Source: a virus (lineage: Duplodnaviria; Heunggongvirae; Uroviricota; Caudoviricetes). Taken from it: DNA of 64,000 bases. The notes below the pieces were generated by a model. It did not search any database. It was not told the DNA's origin and saw nothing but the letters and a program-made list of their open reading frames with translations. This document shows, in pieces, positions 29,875 to 38,658 of this stretch. Made by a program: the position numbers and the translations under genes. Numbering within the stretch: position 1 is the stretch's first letter; every line of letters begins with the position of its first letter. The stretch spans positions 20,848-84,847 of the IMG/VR virus record IMGVR_UViG_3300045988_147489. One strand, written 5' to 3'.

Positions 29875-29929
29875 CCTGCTTCTGTATATATAAATAATAA
29901 GTAACTTATTAAATATATACGGAAGCAGG
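29875..29929. promoter_or_regulatory. about 55-bp near-perfect palindrome in divergent promoter region
   Basis: CCTGCTTCTGTATATAT...AATAAGTAACTTATT...ATATATACGGAAGCAGG (one mismatch in 17-bp arms). Confidence 0.5.
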
Positions 29930-30045
29930 TCTTTTAAAAGACACCACCAGAACAACTCCCTTCCGTTTCCACTTCCAAAAACTGCCACCAGTCGCTATCA
30001 TCCGCTCATTGTGATAAGTAAGTAACTACCTACCAGGTGAGCCAC

Positions 30046-30786
30046 ATGAGCCAAATCTTTTTCGATACCATCGACAACGACCAGTACGACTTCATGACAG
30101 AGTGGAATACCGCTGTTATGGACAAGTGGGTCGCTGAAAACATTGGTTTGTCGCGCTGTAAAGACGAGGCTGAACTCTTCGAGACGAAGTGGTTTGATTA
30201 CCGCGACATGCATCCTCTCATGGCCACCTGTCTTTTTACGGAGGCATACAAACGTCAGTACTCAAATATCATGCTGACGCACGGTCGCGAACACTTTGAA
30301 ACAGCTCCGTTCACCACCGGGTTAAAACGCCTGCCTTATCAGGAGTTGTCGACTGCCAATAAAACGTCGCTATGGAAAGCACGCCAGTTTGCGGATCGCT
30401 ATTGCTGCTCATACGACTACTTTATCTCCACCGTTCTTTCCGCAGCTGCACGACGGCTGTGGGACAAGCTGCCGCGCCCACAGCATTTATGGCAGCCAGA
30501 ACTGATTGAGATATTTGAAGAGAAATTAGCCAGACGCGCAACAACCCGTCTGGATGACTCTCTGGTTAGCTTTAAGCATATGGGAGACATGCAGTTCAAC
30601 CCGATTCAGGAAAGCTATTTTGAGTGGATTCTGGAGCGTTTGCGCACCATCCCTCGCAGCAAGCGCATACGCGCAATTTTCTCCGCTATCTGGCTAATGG
30701 AAATCGTTCCAGAGCGCCTTATTTCCGCCCACTTTCCAGAAGAACTGGAAGAAGCACGGCGGTTTATTGATCCCCTATCTAATTAA
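30046..30786 (+). CDS. hypothetical protein (replication module)
   Basis: AGGTGA RBS before ATG 30046; GTG at 30037 alternative. Confidence 0.45.
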   Translation: MSQIFFDTIDNDQYDFMTEWNTAVMDKWVAENIGLSRCKDEAELFETKWFDYRDMHPLMATCLFTEAYKRQYSNIMLTHGREHFETAPFTTGLKRLPYQELSTANKTSLWKARQFADRYCCSYDYFISTVLSAAARRLWDKLPRPQHLWQPELIEIFEEKLARRATTRLDDSLVSFKHMGDMQFNPIQESYFEWILERLRTIPRSKRIRAIFSAIWLMEIVPERLISAHFPEELEEARRFIDPLSN

Positions 30787-30829
30787 CTAATACTAGAAAA
30801 CAATTTGTTTAAAAAACAAAGGAAAGCAC

Positions 30830-32170
30830 ATGACCGAACTTTGCCATACAGGACGCGGGCTGTCCGAAGAGTTTGATGAAGATTTCCAGAACAGACTGAC
30901 GGCATATTTTTGTCGTGATCACGAGTTTCTTACTCGTGCGGGAGATCTGGTTGTGCCTAGCCAGTTTGCCAATGCGGCCAATGCCATATTGGTTAATATG
31001 GTTTCGGGCTATTACCGTATGTACAAGAGCGCGCCCTCTTCATCTGCAATTCTGGATATGCTTAAGCGTGCGAAACGCGATAAGACTATCCGTGAGGAAC
31101 TATTCGCCGATGTTGTTGCTGCGTTTAAGCGCATTCTTGCAGAAAAATTGTCCGATACCTCGTACATGGTTGACCAGGTATCAACCTTCGCAAAAAGTGT
31201 AGCGTTTGATGATGCTCTGATTAAGGCTGCTGAACTGAAAGAGAAAGGCGACTTTCAGGGGGCGATGGCAATCATGGCCAAGGTTCAGCAGATTGGATCG
31301 AACGAAGCGACCGGAATCTATGACTACTACACCTCCGCAAGTGAGCGATTGAAAGCGCGTGAATATGAGGCTTCAGAGGAGTATGTACCAAACAGTATTA
31401 CAACTGGACTCCCTCTTCTCGATAGGTTGCTGTACCAAAAAGGCTGGGCAAAGCGCGAAATGGTGCTCTTCATGGGGTTCGCTAAATCCGGTAAATCGAC
31501 CGCAATGGGTGAGTTTTCCATAAACGCAACGCTTGCTGGCTACAATGTTCTGTATCTCTCGCTGGAGGTTCACACCACCATTTTATCCGACCGTTTTGAT
31601 GCAAGATTGTCGGAGACAGAAATGTCCAAGCTGGTGGAACGGCGCGATGAGGTTCATCGTAAGTTGGCAGAGTTGGGAGCCACGAAGGGGATTGGTAGTT
31701 TGTGGGTGGTTGAGCGTCCGTCAGGAAGTATGTCACCGGCAGATCTGGACCGTATGCTTAACAGCATGAAAGCCAACGGCATGGTGCCTGACATGGTTGT
31801 TGTCGACTACGCAGATTTGATGCGTGCCAGTTATGACCTTCGTGATGATCGCGCCAACATTCGTAGCATCTACACCGATTTACGTGCTCTTTATGACAAG
31901 CATAACGTTGCTGGGATCACGGCATCGCAGACAAACCGTGAAGGTGGCGCGTCAGAAGTTGCCACAATGATGCACGCTGCCGACAACATCGAAAAAGTAC
32001 GTATTGCTGACCTGGTAATAACGATCAACAAAACCGAAGAAGAAGAAGCGAAAGGAGAGGCTCGTCTCTACTTTGCCGGTTCACGTAACCAGCAGGGAGG
32101 GATCAGCATTCGCGTTAAACAAAACCTCGAACAAATGCGCTTCATTGAGCGAATCTTAGACGTTACCTAA
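30830..32170 (+). CDS. DnaB-like replicative helicase
   Basis: RecA-fold ATPase with Walker A FMGFAKSGKST, Walker B VVVDYADL, and ITASQTNREGG resembling the DnaB-family arginine-finger region; adjacent to primase. Confidence 0.65.
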   Translation: MTELCHTGRGLSEEFDEDFQNRLTAYFCRDHEFLTRAGDLVVPSQFANAANAILVNMVSGYYRMYKSAPSSSAILDMLKRAKRDKTIREELFADVVAAFKRILAEKLSDTSYMVDQVSTFAKSVAFDDALIKAAELKEKGDFQGAMAIMAKVQQIGSNEATGIYDYYTSASERLKAREYEASEEYVPNSITTGLPLLDRLLYQKGWAKREMVLFMGFAKSGKSTAMGEFSINATLAGYNVLYLSLEVHTTILSDRFDARLSETEMSKLVERRDEVHRKLAELGATKGIGSLWVVERPSGSMSPADLDRMLNSMKANGMVPDMVVVDYADLMRASYDLRDDRANIRSIYTDLRALYDKHNVAGITASQTNREGGASEVATMMHAADNIEKVRIADLVITINKTEEEEAKGEARLYFAGSRNQQGGISIRVKQNLEQMRFIERILDVT

Positions 32171-32251
32171 AAAATAAGCGTGGAGAACACCTCCACGCTT
32201 GATTCATTGGTGAAACAACTTTTCTTTTGCCAAACCACAAAAGAAAAACAC

Positions 32252-33433
32252 ATGAACCTTTATATTATATCAACATTTAGGTTGGTCACAATATTGCCTG
32301 TTAAAAGTGGAATTATCGTGAGCGAGCTGAAAGAGCTAATTACCGAATTAGATTTTGAACAATGGTTGGATACTGAAGGTATCGTTTATCGACGTGGAGG
32401 CGTGAGTACTCGCGGTCGTGAAGTGAATATCAAGGAGTGTCCGGTATGCGGCAGCTCCAACTGGAAGGTATATTTCAATCTGACCAGTGGCGTCGGTAAA
32501 TGCTTCGCTGGTGATCATCCCGAAGAGATTCAGTTCAATAAGCTGGTCTTCCTCAAGCACTACAGCGGCAAATCACGACGACAGTTCGAGGAATATGTGC
32601 AGAACGCCCTTCTTTCCCAGGGGTGGGCACCAAAGAAAGAAGAGCTAGTGCTTGCAAGCACAGTCGAGTTAGAGGAGCCAGTTGCACTCCCTCGTCATTA
32701 CGAGCTTCCTATAGATGGCCGTCTTCCAGACTATCTGGTTGAACGAAACATATCGCCTGAAATGGCAAAGTATTTTGACCTACGATACTGCGTCGAAGGC
32801 AAGCACGCCTATGTAGATCCGTATACAGATCAGGTTAAAGGACAGATATTCGATATGCGAATACTGATACCGGTTTACGATCTGGATGGGGTAATGAAGA
32901 CATTTCAGGGACGAGACATTACCGGTACAGCAGAACGCCGCTACCTCTTTCCTATGCAACTTCCAGCTTCAGGTAAGTTTCTCTACAACGGCCATAATGC
33001 AGTCGGCAAACAGACTGTAGTTGTCTGTGAGGGGGCGTTCGATGTTATGGGGGTTAAACGAGCTATTTTTGACGAAGAAACATTACGTGATTACGTGGAA
33101 CCAATAGGAACGTTCGGGATGCATCTATCTGGTAACACCACTCAGGATGCAGAAGATCAGTTAGGCGCGTTCCTGACGCTCAAGGCGCGTGGGTTACGTA
33201 ATGTGATCATGATGTGGGATAGTGAAAAGCAAGCTATACGCAACACGATGGCCGCAGCCAGGCGACTGACCAGTATTGGTCTTAATGTCAAAGTGGCGTG
33301 TTTGGGCGAGGAAGGACTCGACCCGGGCGATGCAACGCCAGAGCAAATCATCAAAGCCTATTATCGGGCAAAACCGTATACCAAACAGTTGGAGTTGCAA
33401 AGCAAGGTTTTGGGCATTAAGGCTCTATCATAA
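32252..33433 (+). CDS. DNA primase (zinc ribbon plus TOPRIM)
   Basis: CPVCGSSNW...GKCFAGDH zinc-binding region; TOPRIM-like VVVCEGAFDVMGV; ATG 32252 carries the conserved AAAGAAAAACACATG cassette; upstream in-frame start at 32180 possible. Confidence 0.65.
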   Translation: MNLYIISTFRLVTILPVKSGIIVSELKELITELDFEQWLDTEGIVYRRGGVSTRGREVNIKECPVCGSSNWKVYFNLTSGVGKCFAGDHPEEIQFNKLVFLKHYSGKSRRQFEEYVQNALLSQGWAPKKEELVLASTVELEEPVALPRHYELPIDGRLPDYLVERNISPEMAKYFDLRYCVEGKHAYVDPYTDQVKGQIFDMRILIPVYDLDGVMKTFQGRDITGTAERRYLFPMQLPASGKFLYNGHNAVGKQTVVVCEGAFDVMGVKRAIFDEETLRDYVEPIGTFGMHLSGNTTQDAEDQLGAFLTLKARGLRNVIMMWDSEKQAIRNTMAAARRLTSIGLNVKVACLGEEGLDPGDATPEQIIKAYYRAKPYTKQLELQSKVLGIKALS

Positions 33434-33508
33434 CAATCACCTTTAAAATAAGTAGATGATTACTTATCTTTCTGTGAGAATACTTTCATCTGTTAGCTAG
33501 GAGTTGGT

Positions 33509-34291
33509 ATGAAAGACGAAATTCAGAAATTAGCCTGCGACATCATTGATAAAACTGGTTTAGAAATCAGCGAGAGCAATCGGCTAGACATCATTGAAAA
33601 AGCCGTAAAAACAGCAATGGATCATATCGCCACTCGTTTGGTCGAGATCCCGCTACCGGGGCTACCTTATCTGAAGGTTAAGTTACACGTATGGGGTGAA
33701 CCTTCTTGTGCACGGCGTTCTGCATTAGTTGTTTTTATTAGCAAAGAAAACCCGATCAGTCTTAAAGTGCAGGTTGGGGCATGGATGGATGGCAAAGTGA
33801 TCTACACAAATACCGTTTTTTGTGCGTCAAATGACAGTATTATTGAAGAGGCTATTCAAGAATCACTTCTAACTATGCATAGCTTATTTTTGCTGGAAGA
33901 CAAGCAAAACTACGAAGAGTACTTACGGTCGATAAAAGGTGAGAGAACATTGTCACTTAAAGCCGATTTCGTTACCCCGACAAACCTGTTGGAAGTCTTG
34001 CTTAATAAAGGGGCTAATGATGCCGTAAATGTAATCAGAGAGAGTGAGTATGCGTCTCTTTGCGACATGTGCAAAAGCCAGTTGGATCTGGTGCATATCG
34101 TTATTGATGCTGGGAAGGCATGTGATGGCGTAATGGCGGAGTTTGCTGGGAAGATGGTCAGGATTGCTAACGAATTACCGATGATAGAGCAAGAGGCTAA
34201 ATCATACGCCACCAATCATGTCACAGAGCTTCTTGTCCCCTATCGCTTAGAAAGCGATCAGCGCAAGATGATTAGCTGGGGAAGTTGGTAA
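33509..34291 (+). CDS. hypothetical protein
   Basis: ORF from track. Confidence 0.45.
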   Translation: MKDEIQKLACDIIDKTGLEISESNRLDIIEKAVKTAMDHIATRLVEIPLPGLPYLKVKLHVWGEPSCARRSALVVFISKENPISLKVQVGAWMDGKVIYTNTVFCASNDSIIEEAIQESLLTMHSLFLLEDKQNYEEYLRSIKGERTLSLKADFVTPTNLLEVLLNKGANDAVNVIRESEYASLCDMCKSQLDLVHIVIDAGKACDGVMAEFAGKMVRIANELPMIEQEAKSYATNHVTELLVPYRLESDQRKMISWGSW

Positions 34292-34346
34292 TCTCTCCGC
34301 GCGTCGTTTTTTACGCAAATAACGATAGGTAAGTACAAGATTATTT

Positions 34347-34829
34347 ATGGCGGTAGTTGTGAAAGCTGATTTGTCAAAAATCCCCTCTATTTCAGGAAAT
34401 AATGGTTATTCACTTCGTTGTGAGGAAGTAAAGATAAACGGTGAGTCGGCATATTGCAGCTACTCCGTTTGCCAGCACACCATTCTTGCCTTCAAAGAAA
34501 ACCGTCTTCCTCGAACTTCATTCCAGTCGTGCGCAACCGCTATCAAAGCAGGCAAATGCAAGGCGTTAAAAATGATGGTTGAAGAGATTCGTAAAGGAGA
34601 ATCTCTGTATTTCGAAGATATGACCGCGCTCATTAAGGAGGTTGAAGAACGGAATAAACAAGCCAGAACTTTAAAACGAAAACGTGACAGTGTAACGATT
34701 AATAGCATGGTTAAGAAGAGCGCCACATCACAAACAGCGATCACTGACGTGTATGCGGCGTTGCTTGAAGAAACAACAAAAGAAACACATGAGCAAATCG
34801 ATCAACATATGGAGGCAAAACAACAATGA
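34347..34829 (+). CDS. hypothetical Cys-containing protein
   Basis: ORF from track; stop overlaps ligase start. Confidence 0.4.
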   Translation: MAVVVKADLSKIPSISGNNGYSLRCEEVKINGESAYCSYSVCQHTILAFKENRLPRTSFQSCATAIKAGKCKALKMMVEEIRKGESLYFEDMTALIKEVEERNKQARTLKRKRDSVTINSMVKKSATSQTAITDVYAALLEETTKETHEQIDQHMEAKQQ

Positions 34830-36148
34830 AAAAGTTGATCGCACTTAAGCATAAGCTGGACGAAATGAAAGCTATGGGAACCAATGCAAAAAAAGAGGCA
34901 TTGGCCAACATGGATGACTTTGAACAAAGCATGGTTTCATTGATGCTCAACCCTTTCATCCGTTTTGGGGTAAAGAAATACAAAGTGGCAAAGCCGCTTA
35001 GTGAGTCCGTCCCAAGTGACGAAAAAGCCATTGATGTACTGAATAAGCTGGCCTCTCGCGAGCTGACGGGGAACGCAGCAATAGCAGCTGTTGAGTCTAT
35101 CGTGGCGTCAATGTGCGCCGATGGGCAGGACGTGTTCCGTCGTTTCCTCTTAAAAGACCCGAAAGCAGGTGTTGGGATTAGCCTATGCAACAAGGTTTTT
35201 GAAAATCCCATTCCGAAATTCGAGGTGCAGCTGGCGTCACCGTATAAAGAAAAAGGCGACAAATACCCCTTCAAGCCAAATCCTAAAGCAAAATGGCCGA
35301 TGATTGGCAGTCTTAAGCTCGATGGTTTGCTAGTAATTTGCGAGGTTATTGTTGACGAGGAAGAGGTTAACTTCCTTTCTCGTACTGGTAATCCAATCAC
35401 GTCTCTCGATCACCTAAAGCCAGCAATGCTCGAATTAGGCAAACTTTCAGGCCACAAACACATCTTCTTCGATGGTGAAGGAACAGCCGGTTCATTTAAC
35501 CAGTCCGTATCTGCATTGCGCAAAAAGAACGTGCAGGCAATTGGCGCTATTTATCATGTTTTCGACTTCTTCCTACCGGAATGGCGAGCACAGGCTAAAT
35601 CCAAAGAGTATGCAAAGACAGGTATGAAGCTGAAAGAGCGCCTGGCTATTCTCGTGGCGTTGTTCAAAAACGATCGCAGTGAAGGCTACACACAAGACAT
35701 TCACCTGCATCCGTTCTATATCATCCATAGCCACGAAGACCTCATCGAACGCTTCATGAAACGCCTGGACGATAACGAAGAAGGGGAGATGGGTAAAGAT
35801 CCGAACTCTGTTTACGAGTTTAAACGCACCCGCAGCTGGTGGAAGTTAAAAGACGAAGATTCAGAAGATGGTGAAATTATCGATTTTGAGCCGGGCGATC
35901 CGGACTCTGGTTTTGCCAACACGCTTGGAAAAATTGTTATTCGTCTTGAAAACGGCGTCATCGTGCGTGCGAGCGGCATTAAGCATAAATATCTGGACGA
36001 GATCTGGAACAACAAAGAGAAGTACCGTGGTCGTATTGTTGAGGTTCATTGTCACGAGAAAACACCGGATGGCAGCTTACGCCACCCACGACTGAAATGG
36101 CCGCGTTGCTTACGCGATACAGAAGATCGAATCGGAGATAAAGAATGA
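34826..36148 (+). CDS. ATP-dependent DNA ligase
   Basis: adenylation motif MIGSLKLDGLLV (KxDG); further nucleotidyltransferase-like motifs (FDGEGT, WWKLK). Confidence 0.75.
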   Translation: MKKLIALKHKLDEMKAMGTNAKKEALANMDDFEQSMVSLMLNPFIRFGVKKYKVAKPLSESVPSDEKAIDVLNKLASRELTGNAAIAAVESIVASMCADGQDVFRRFLLKDPKAGVGISLCNKVFENPIPKFEVQLASPYKEKGDKYPFKPNPKAKWPMIGSLKLDGLLVICEVIVDEEEVNFLSRTGNPITSLDHLKPAMLELGKLSGHKHIFFDGEGTAGSFNQSVSALRKKNVQAIGAIYHVFDFFLPEWRAQAKSKEYAKTGMKLKERLAILVALFKNDRSEGYTQDIHLHPFYIIHSHEDLIERFMKRLDDNEEGEMGKDPNSVYEFKRTRSWWKLKDEDSEDGEIIDFEPGDPDSGFANTLGKIVIRLENGVIVRASGIKHKYLDEIWNNKEKYRGRIVEVHCHEKTPDGSLRHPRLKWPRCLRDTEDRIGDKE

Positions 36149-36324
36149 TGCTCGGCTGGATGATTGCATTTTTAGCAGTTGGTTTTTTCATCGGTATTGT
36201 GGTGATGTCCAGTTGCATTAATGACTACATTAAAAACGGTGTTATAGAAAGACGCGGTCGTATTTATCGCATTGTAGAAATAACCAACACCCTGAAGGAG
36301 ATTAAGGATGATCGTATTAAGTAA
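36145..36324 (+). CDS. small membrane protein (59 aa), paralogue 1
   Basis: not in ORF track (under 60 aa); ATG overlaps ligase stop; translation MMLGWMIAFLAVGFFIGIVVMSSCINDYIKNGVIERRGRIYRIVEITNTLKEIKDDRIK. Confidence 0.4.
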   Translation: MMLGWMIAFLAVGFFIGIVVMSSCINDYIKNGVIERRGRIYRIVEITNTLKEIKDDRIK

Positions 36325-36523
36325 ACGGGAGAAGGAAACGCTTCATGAAATCAGTAAGTGGCCGGAGTTCCCTGAGTACTGGAAGCCTAAAACGCGAGCT
36401 AAGTTAGAGCGTTTAGGGTTGGTTGCAAACGTTTCTGAAACGAAGTGTTCGGCCAACTACCAGTTAACTGATAAAGGGAAAGTATTGCTACAGCAATTAG
36501 TAGAATCAGGAGTGTTAAAATGA
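36308..36523 (+). CDS. hypothetical small protein
   Basis: 71-aa ORF, start overlaps previous gene. Confidence 0.35.
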   Translation: MIVLSKREKETLHEISKWPEFPEYWKPKTRAKLERLGLVANVSETKCSANYQLTDKGKVLLQQLVESGVLK

Positions 36524-36672
36524 TTCCATACATCTCATTAGCTTTTATGGGTGGCTTCCTTATCGGCTTCGGCATCTGTCGTGATTTAATTAAGCAGGAA
36601 CTTAAAACCAAAACACTGTGCATCGGAAAGCGTGTGTATCGGGTAGTTCATGAAACAAAGGTTAAAAAATGA
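36520..36672 (+). CDS. small membrane protein (50 aa), paralogue 2
   Basis: not in ORF track; translation MIPYISLAFMGGFLIGFGICRDLIKQELKTKTLCIGKRVYRVVHETKVKK; same TM plus G(K/R)R.YR.V pattern as paralogue 1. Confidence 0.4.
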   Translation: MIPYISLAFMGGFLIGFGICRDLIKQELKTKTLCIGKRVYRVVHETKVKK

Positions 36673-36959
36673 GCAATTTAACTTCTTGGGACTGGTGGTT
36701 GGCCACCTATTTCTTAGCGGCCGGAGTCGCATTCGCCTTTTACGTAGGTCAGTTAGTCGTAAAACTGTTGCTGATTAAATTTGCTAGTCATAAACGTATC
36801 GATGATGGTCTGTGGCGTCTTGGCACCCTGGTGGAAACTCGCTACGGGCAACTTAAGGAGAACGAAACCATTACTATCCAGGCGAAACGATTCACTGCCA
36901 CCATCACAAGAACACCTAGTCGTAGAGTGGCCTTGATCAAAAAAGTCACAACCGAATAA
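36669..36959 (+). CDS. small membrane protein (96 aa), paralogue 3
   Basis: N-terminal TM helix then basic region; start overlaps previous stop (ATGA). Confidence 0.4.
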   Translation: MSNLTSWDWWLATYFLAAGVAFAFYVGQLVVKLLLIKFASHKRIDDGLWRLGTLVETRYGQLKENETITIQAKRFTATITRTPSRRVALIKKVTTE

Positions 36960-37195
36960 AAACATCATGATAAGTATTTACTTACTTATCTTTTATGTAT
37001 AAGATGACTTTGTTTTCGTTGAGACGCGACTGTTTGAACTTAAATACAAGTGCAAACGAAGAAGTCTATCTGGCAGTAGCCTAATAAGCCAAACACCAGC
37101 GAGGTCAGTTTCCAGCCTCGTTACCGAAATGGGACACACTGAGCGAGTGTGATTGCAGAACGCAGGAGGGAACATTCATGTTCCCTCCGATGAAG

Positions 37196-37273
37196 TAACA
37201 GAATGGGCGGTTGGTATATTTTCAACTCCATATGACTCCCGGATTCTTAGCCTCTGACCGCCCATCCTGTTAC
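37196..37273. repeat. long-range inverted repeat A (about 17-bp arms, 2 mismatches)
   Basis: TAACAGAATGGGCGGTT ... GACCGCCCATCCTGTTA. Confidence 0.5.
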
Positions 37274-37347
37274 GTCATTTTGTTCAATTATGTCGTTTAT
37301 ACTGGGTTAAAAAGCGGCGACGTAGCCCGGCTGGTATGGTTAGCCAG

Positions 37348-37471
37348 CACACAACGTTGAGGCCATTACATTTTTATCAATTCTAAGGTTCTATTCACAG
37401 AGATACCGGCGAGCGTTGATATGTAACATGTTGGGCAAACATTCAATCGGAGTAGTGGCCTCAACGTTGTG
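37348..37471. repeat. long-range inverted repeat B (16-bp perfect arms, 92-nt spacer)
   Basis: CACAACGTTGAGGCCA ... TGGCCTCAACGTTGTG. Confidence 0.6.
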
Positions 37472-37737
37472 AAGACAGGATTGTTGTGTAGGTTTAACCA
37501 CTGTTGCCATTGGTGCCTGTTTTCACAACAAATGATTCCATACATCACATTGTATAAATTACAAAGTAGGTGCTGTCCTCAGAAACATCATCTACTTAAA
37601 GATTTTGCCTTCTACTATTGAGCGAAGTCGAAAGCGTCTGGCACTAACGAAAAGTGCAAGTAGCGGTGCGTTTCCTGGCAGAAACTAAACCGTCGCGATT
37701 GGCACTGTTGAGTAATAAATACTGGCAGTGCTGAATT

Positions 37738-37812
37738 GATGGTGTAGCTCAGCGGTAGAGCAGTTGGCTGTTAACCAACTGGTCGGTGGTTCGAATCCAC
37801 CCACCATCGCCA
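37738..37812 (+). tRNA. tRNA-Asn (anticodon GTT)
   Basis: cloverleaf folded by hand: 7-bp acceptor GATGGTG/CACCATC, anticodon loop CTGTTAA, T-loop GGTTCGAATCC, CCA end. Confidence 0.8.
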
Positions 37813-37817
37813 ATTTA

Positions 37818-37904
37818 GGGGAGTTAGTCCGTAGAGGTAGCGGTGTAGACTGTAAATCTACTGTCATGGCGACTCGGGTGGTTCGACTCCATCACTCCCC
37901 ACCA
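37818..37904 (+). tRNA. tRNA-Tyr (anticodon GTA), long variable arm
   Basis: acceptor GGGGAGT/ACTCCCC, anticodon stem-loop GTAGA-CTGTAAA-TCTAC, T-loop GGTTCGACTCC, CCA end. Confidence 0.75.
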
Positions 37905-37908
37905 AATT

Positions 37909-37984
37909 GCCGGTTTAGCTCAGTTGGTAGAGCGCCTGCCTTGTAAGCAGGATGTCAGCGGTTCGAGTCCGTTAACCGGCACCA
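37909..37984 (+). tRNA. tRNA-Thr (anticodon TGT)
   Basis: acceptor GCCGGTT/AACCGGC, D-arm GCTCAGTTGGTAGAGC, anticodon loop CTTGTAA, T-loop, CCA end. Confidence 0.8.
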
Positions 37985-37992
37985 ACATAATA

Positions 37993-38073
37993 TTGAGAAC
38001 ATTGGCGTAACGGGTTCATATCCCAATTTATGAATATAATGTTGCGTTGCAGCGTGACAACCAGTGTTCTCAA
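37993..38073. repeat. long-range inverted repeat C immediately 3' of tRNA-Thr
   Basis: TTGAGAACATTGG ... CCAGTGTTCTCAA (1 mismatch). Confidence 0.5.
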
Positions 38074-38278
38074 CATTGTGGTGAATGCACAGGCTGATGT
38101 GCGACGTAGAAGCAAGCGGATGAACTGCCTGAAGGCCGCTAACGTAGGCAATGCCGGAGATCAGCACCGGCCATCACAATTTGGCTCTCTTGCAACAGCA
38201 TAACGCTGAAATACGTCCAACCTGGTGCGGTCTGATCACCCGCCGTTAGCTCCACGAAACGGAGCACACAACACAATT

Positions 38279-38365
38279 GGAGAGTAGGGAGCATGGTGCT
38301 CAAGCGGTCTTGAAAACCGTCCCATTGTGCAAACGATGATGGTTCGATTCCATTACTCTCCGCCA
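38279..38365 (+). tRNA. tRNA-Ser (anticodon TGA), long variable arm
   Basis: acceptor GGAGAGT/ACTCTCC, anticodon stem-loop GCGGT-CTTGAAA-ACCGT, T-loop GGTTCGATTCC, CCA end. Confidence 0.65.
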
Positions 38366-38367
38366 GA

Positions 38368-38445
38368 CACAGCGTTGAGCGGTTTGGCCTTTTAATCAAC
38401 CAGATTAAGACTCCGCTAACATAAACCAGACCGCTCAACGCTGTG
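38368..38445. repeat. long-range inverted repeat D immediately 3' of tRNA-Ser (16-bp perfect arms)
   Basis: CACAGCGTTGAGCGGT ... ACCGCTCAACGCTGTG; arm sequence resembles repeat B. Confidence 0.6.
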
Positions 38446-38499
38446 ATAGACAATTACGGCAGACGTTCTTAACCATAGCTTGCTAACATCCTAGCAACA

Positions 38500-38542
38500 C
38501 TTTTTTCAGCGCAAAATTCAAAGGGGCTTCGGCCCCTTTTTT
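38500..38542 (+). terminator. terminator-like element; also copy 1 of a direct repeat flanking the lipoprotein gene
   Basis: TTTTCAGCGCAAAATTCAAAGGGGCTTCGGCCCCTTTTTT. Confidence 0.55.
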
Positions 38543-38658
38543 GATTTGTTGACACTTAGTTATATTCACGTATCGTTTTATCGCTTTGATCCGAGGCAGC
38601 GTTAGACTGCCTTCATGTTCCTGATTAGATCGCAGCAGTTAAACATGGAGACAAATTA

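Noticed and set aside
36399-36623. Minus-strand 74-aa ORF antisense to the small membrane-protein cluster
   Set aside because: Antisense to three tightly coupled + strand genes with overlapping start/stop codons; no RBS.
37196-37273. Possibility that inverted repeat A is a fifth tRNA (acceptor-like GGGCGGT/ACCGCCC)
   Set aside because: Only about 45 nt lie between the arms, too few for D, anticodon and T arms, and there is no CCA end or T-loop; retained only as a structured repeat.
37685-38453. ORFs on both strands overlapping the tRNA genes (37685-37867, 37764-37946, 37955-38167, 38139-38453)
   Set aside because: They overlap four well-formed tRNA cloverleaves and structured repeats; coding is unlikely.
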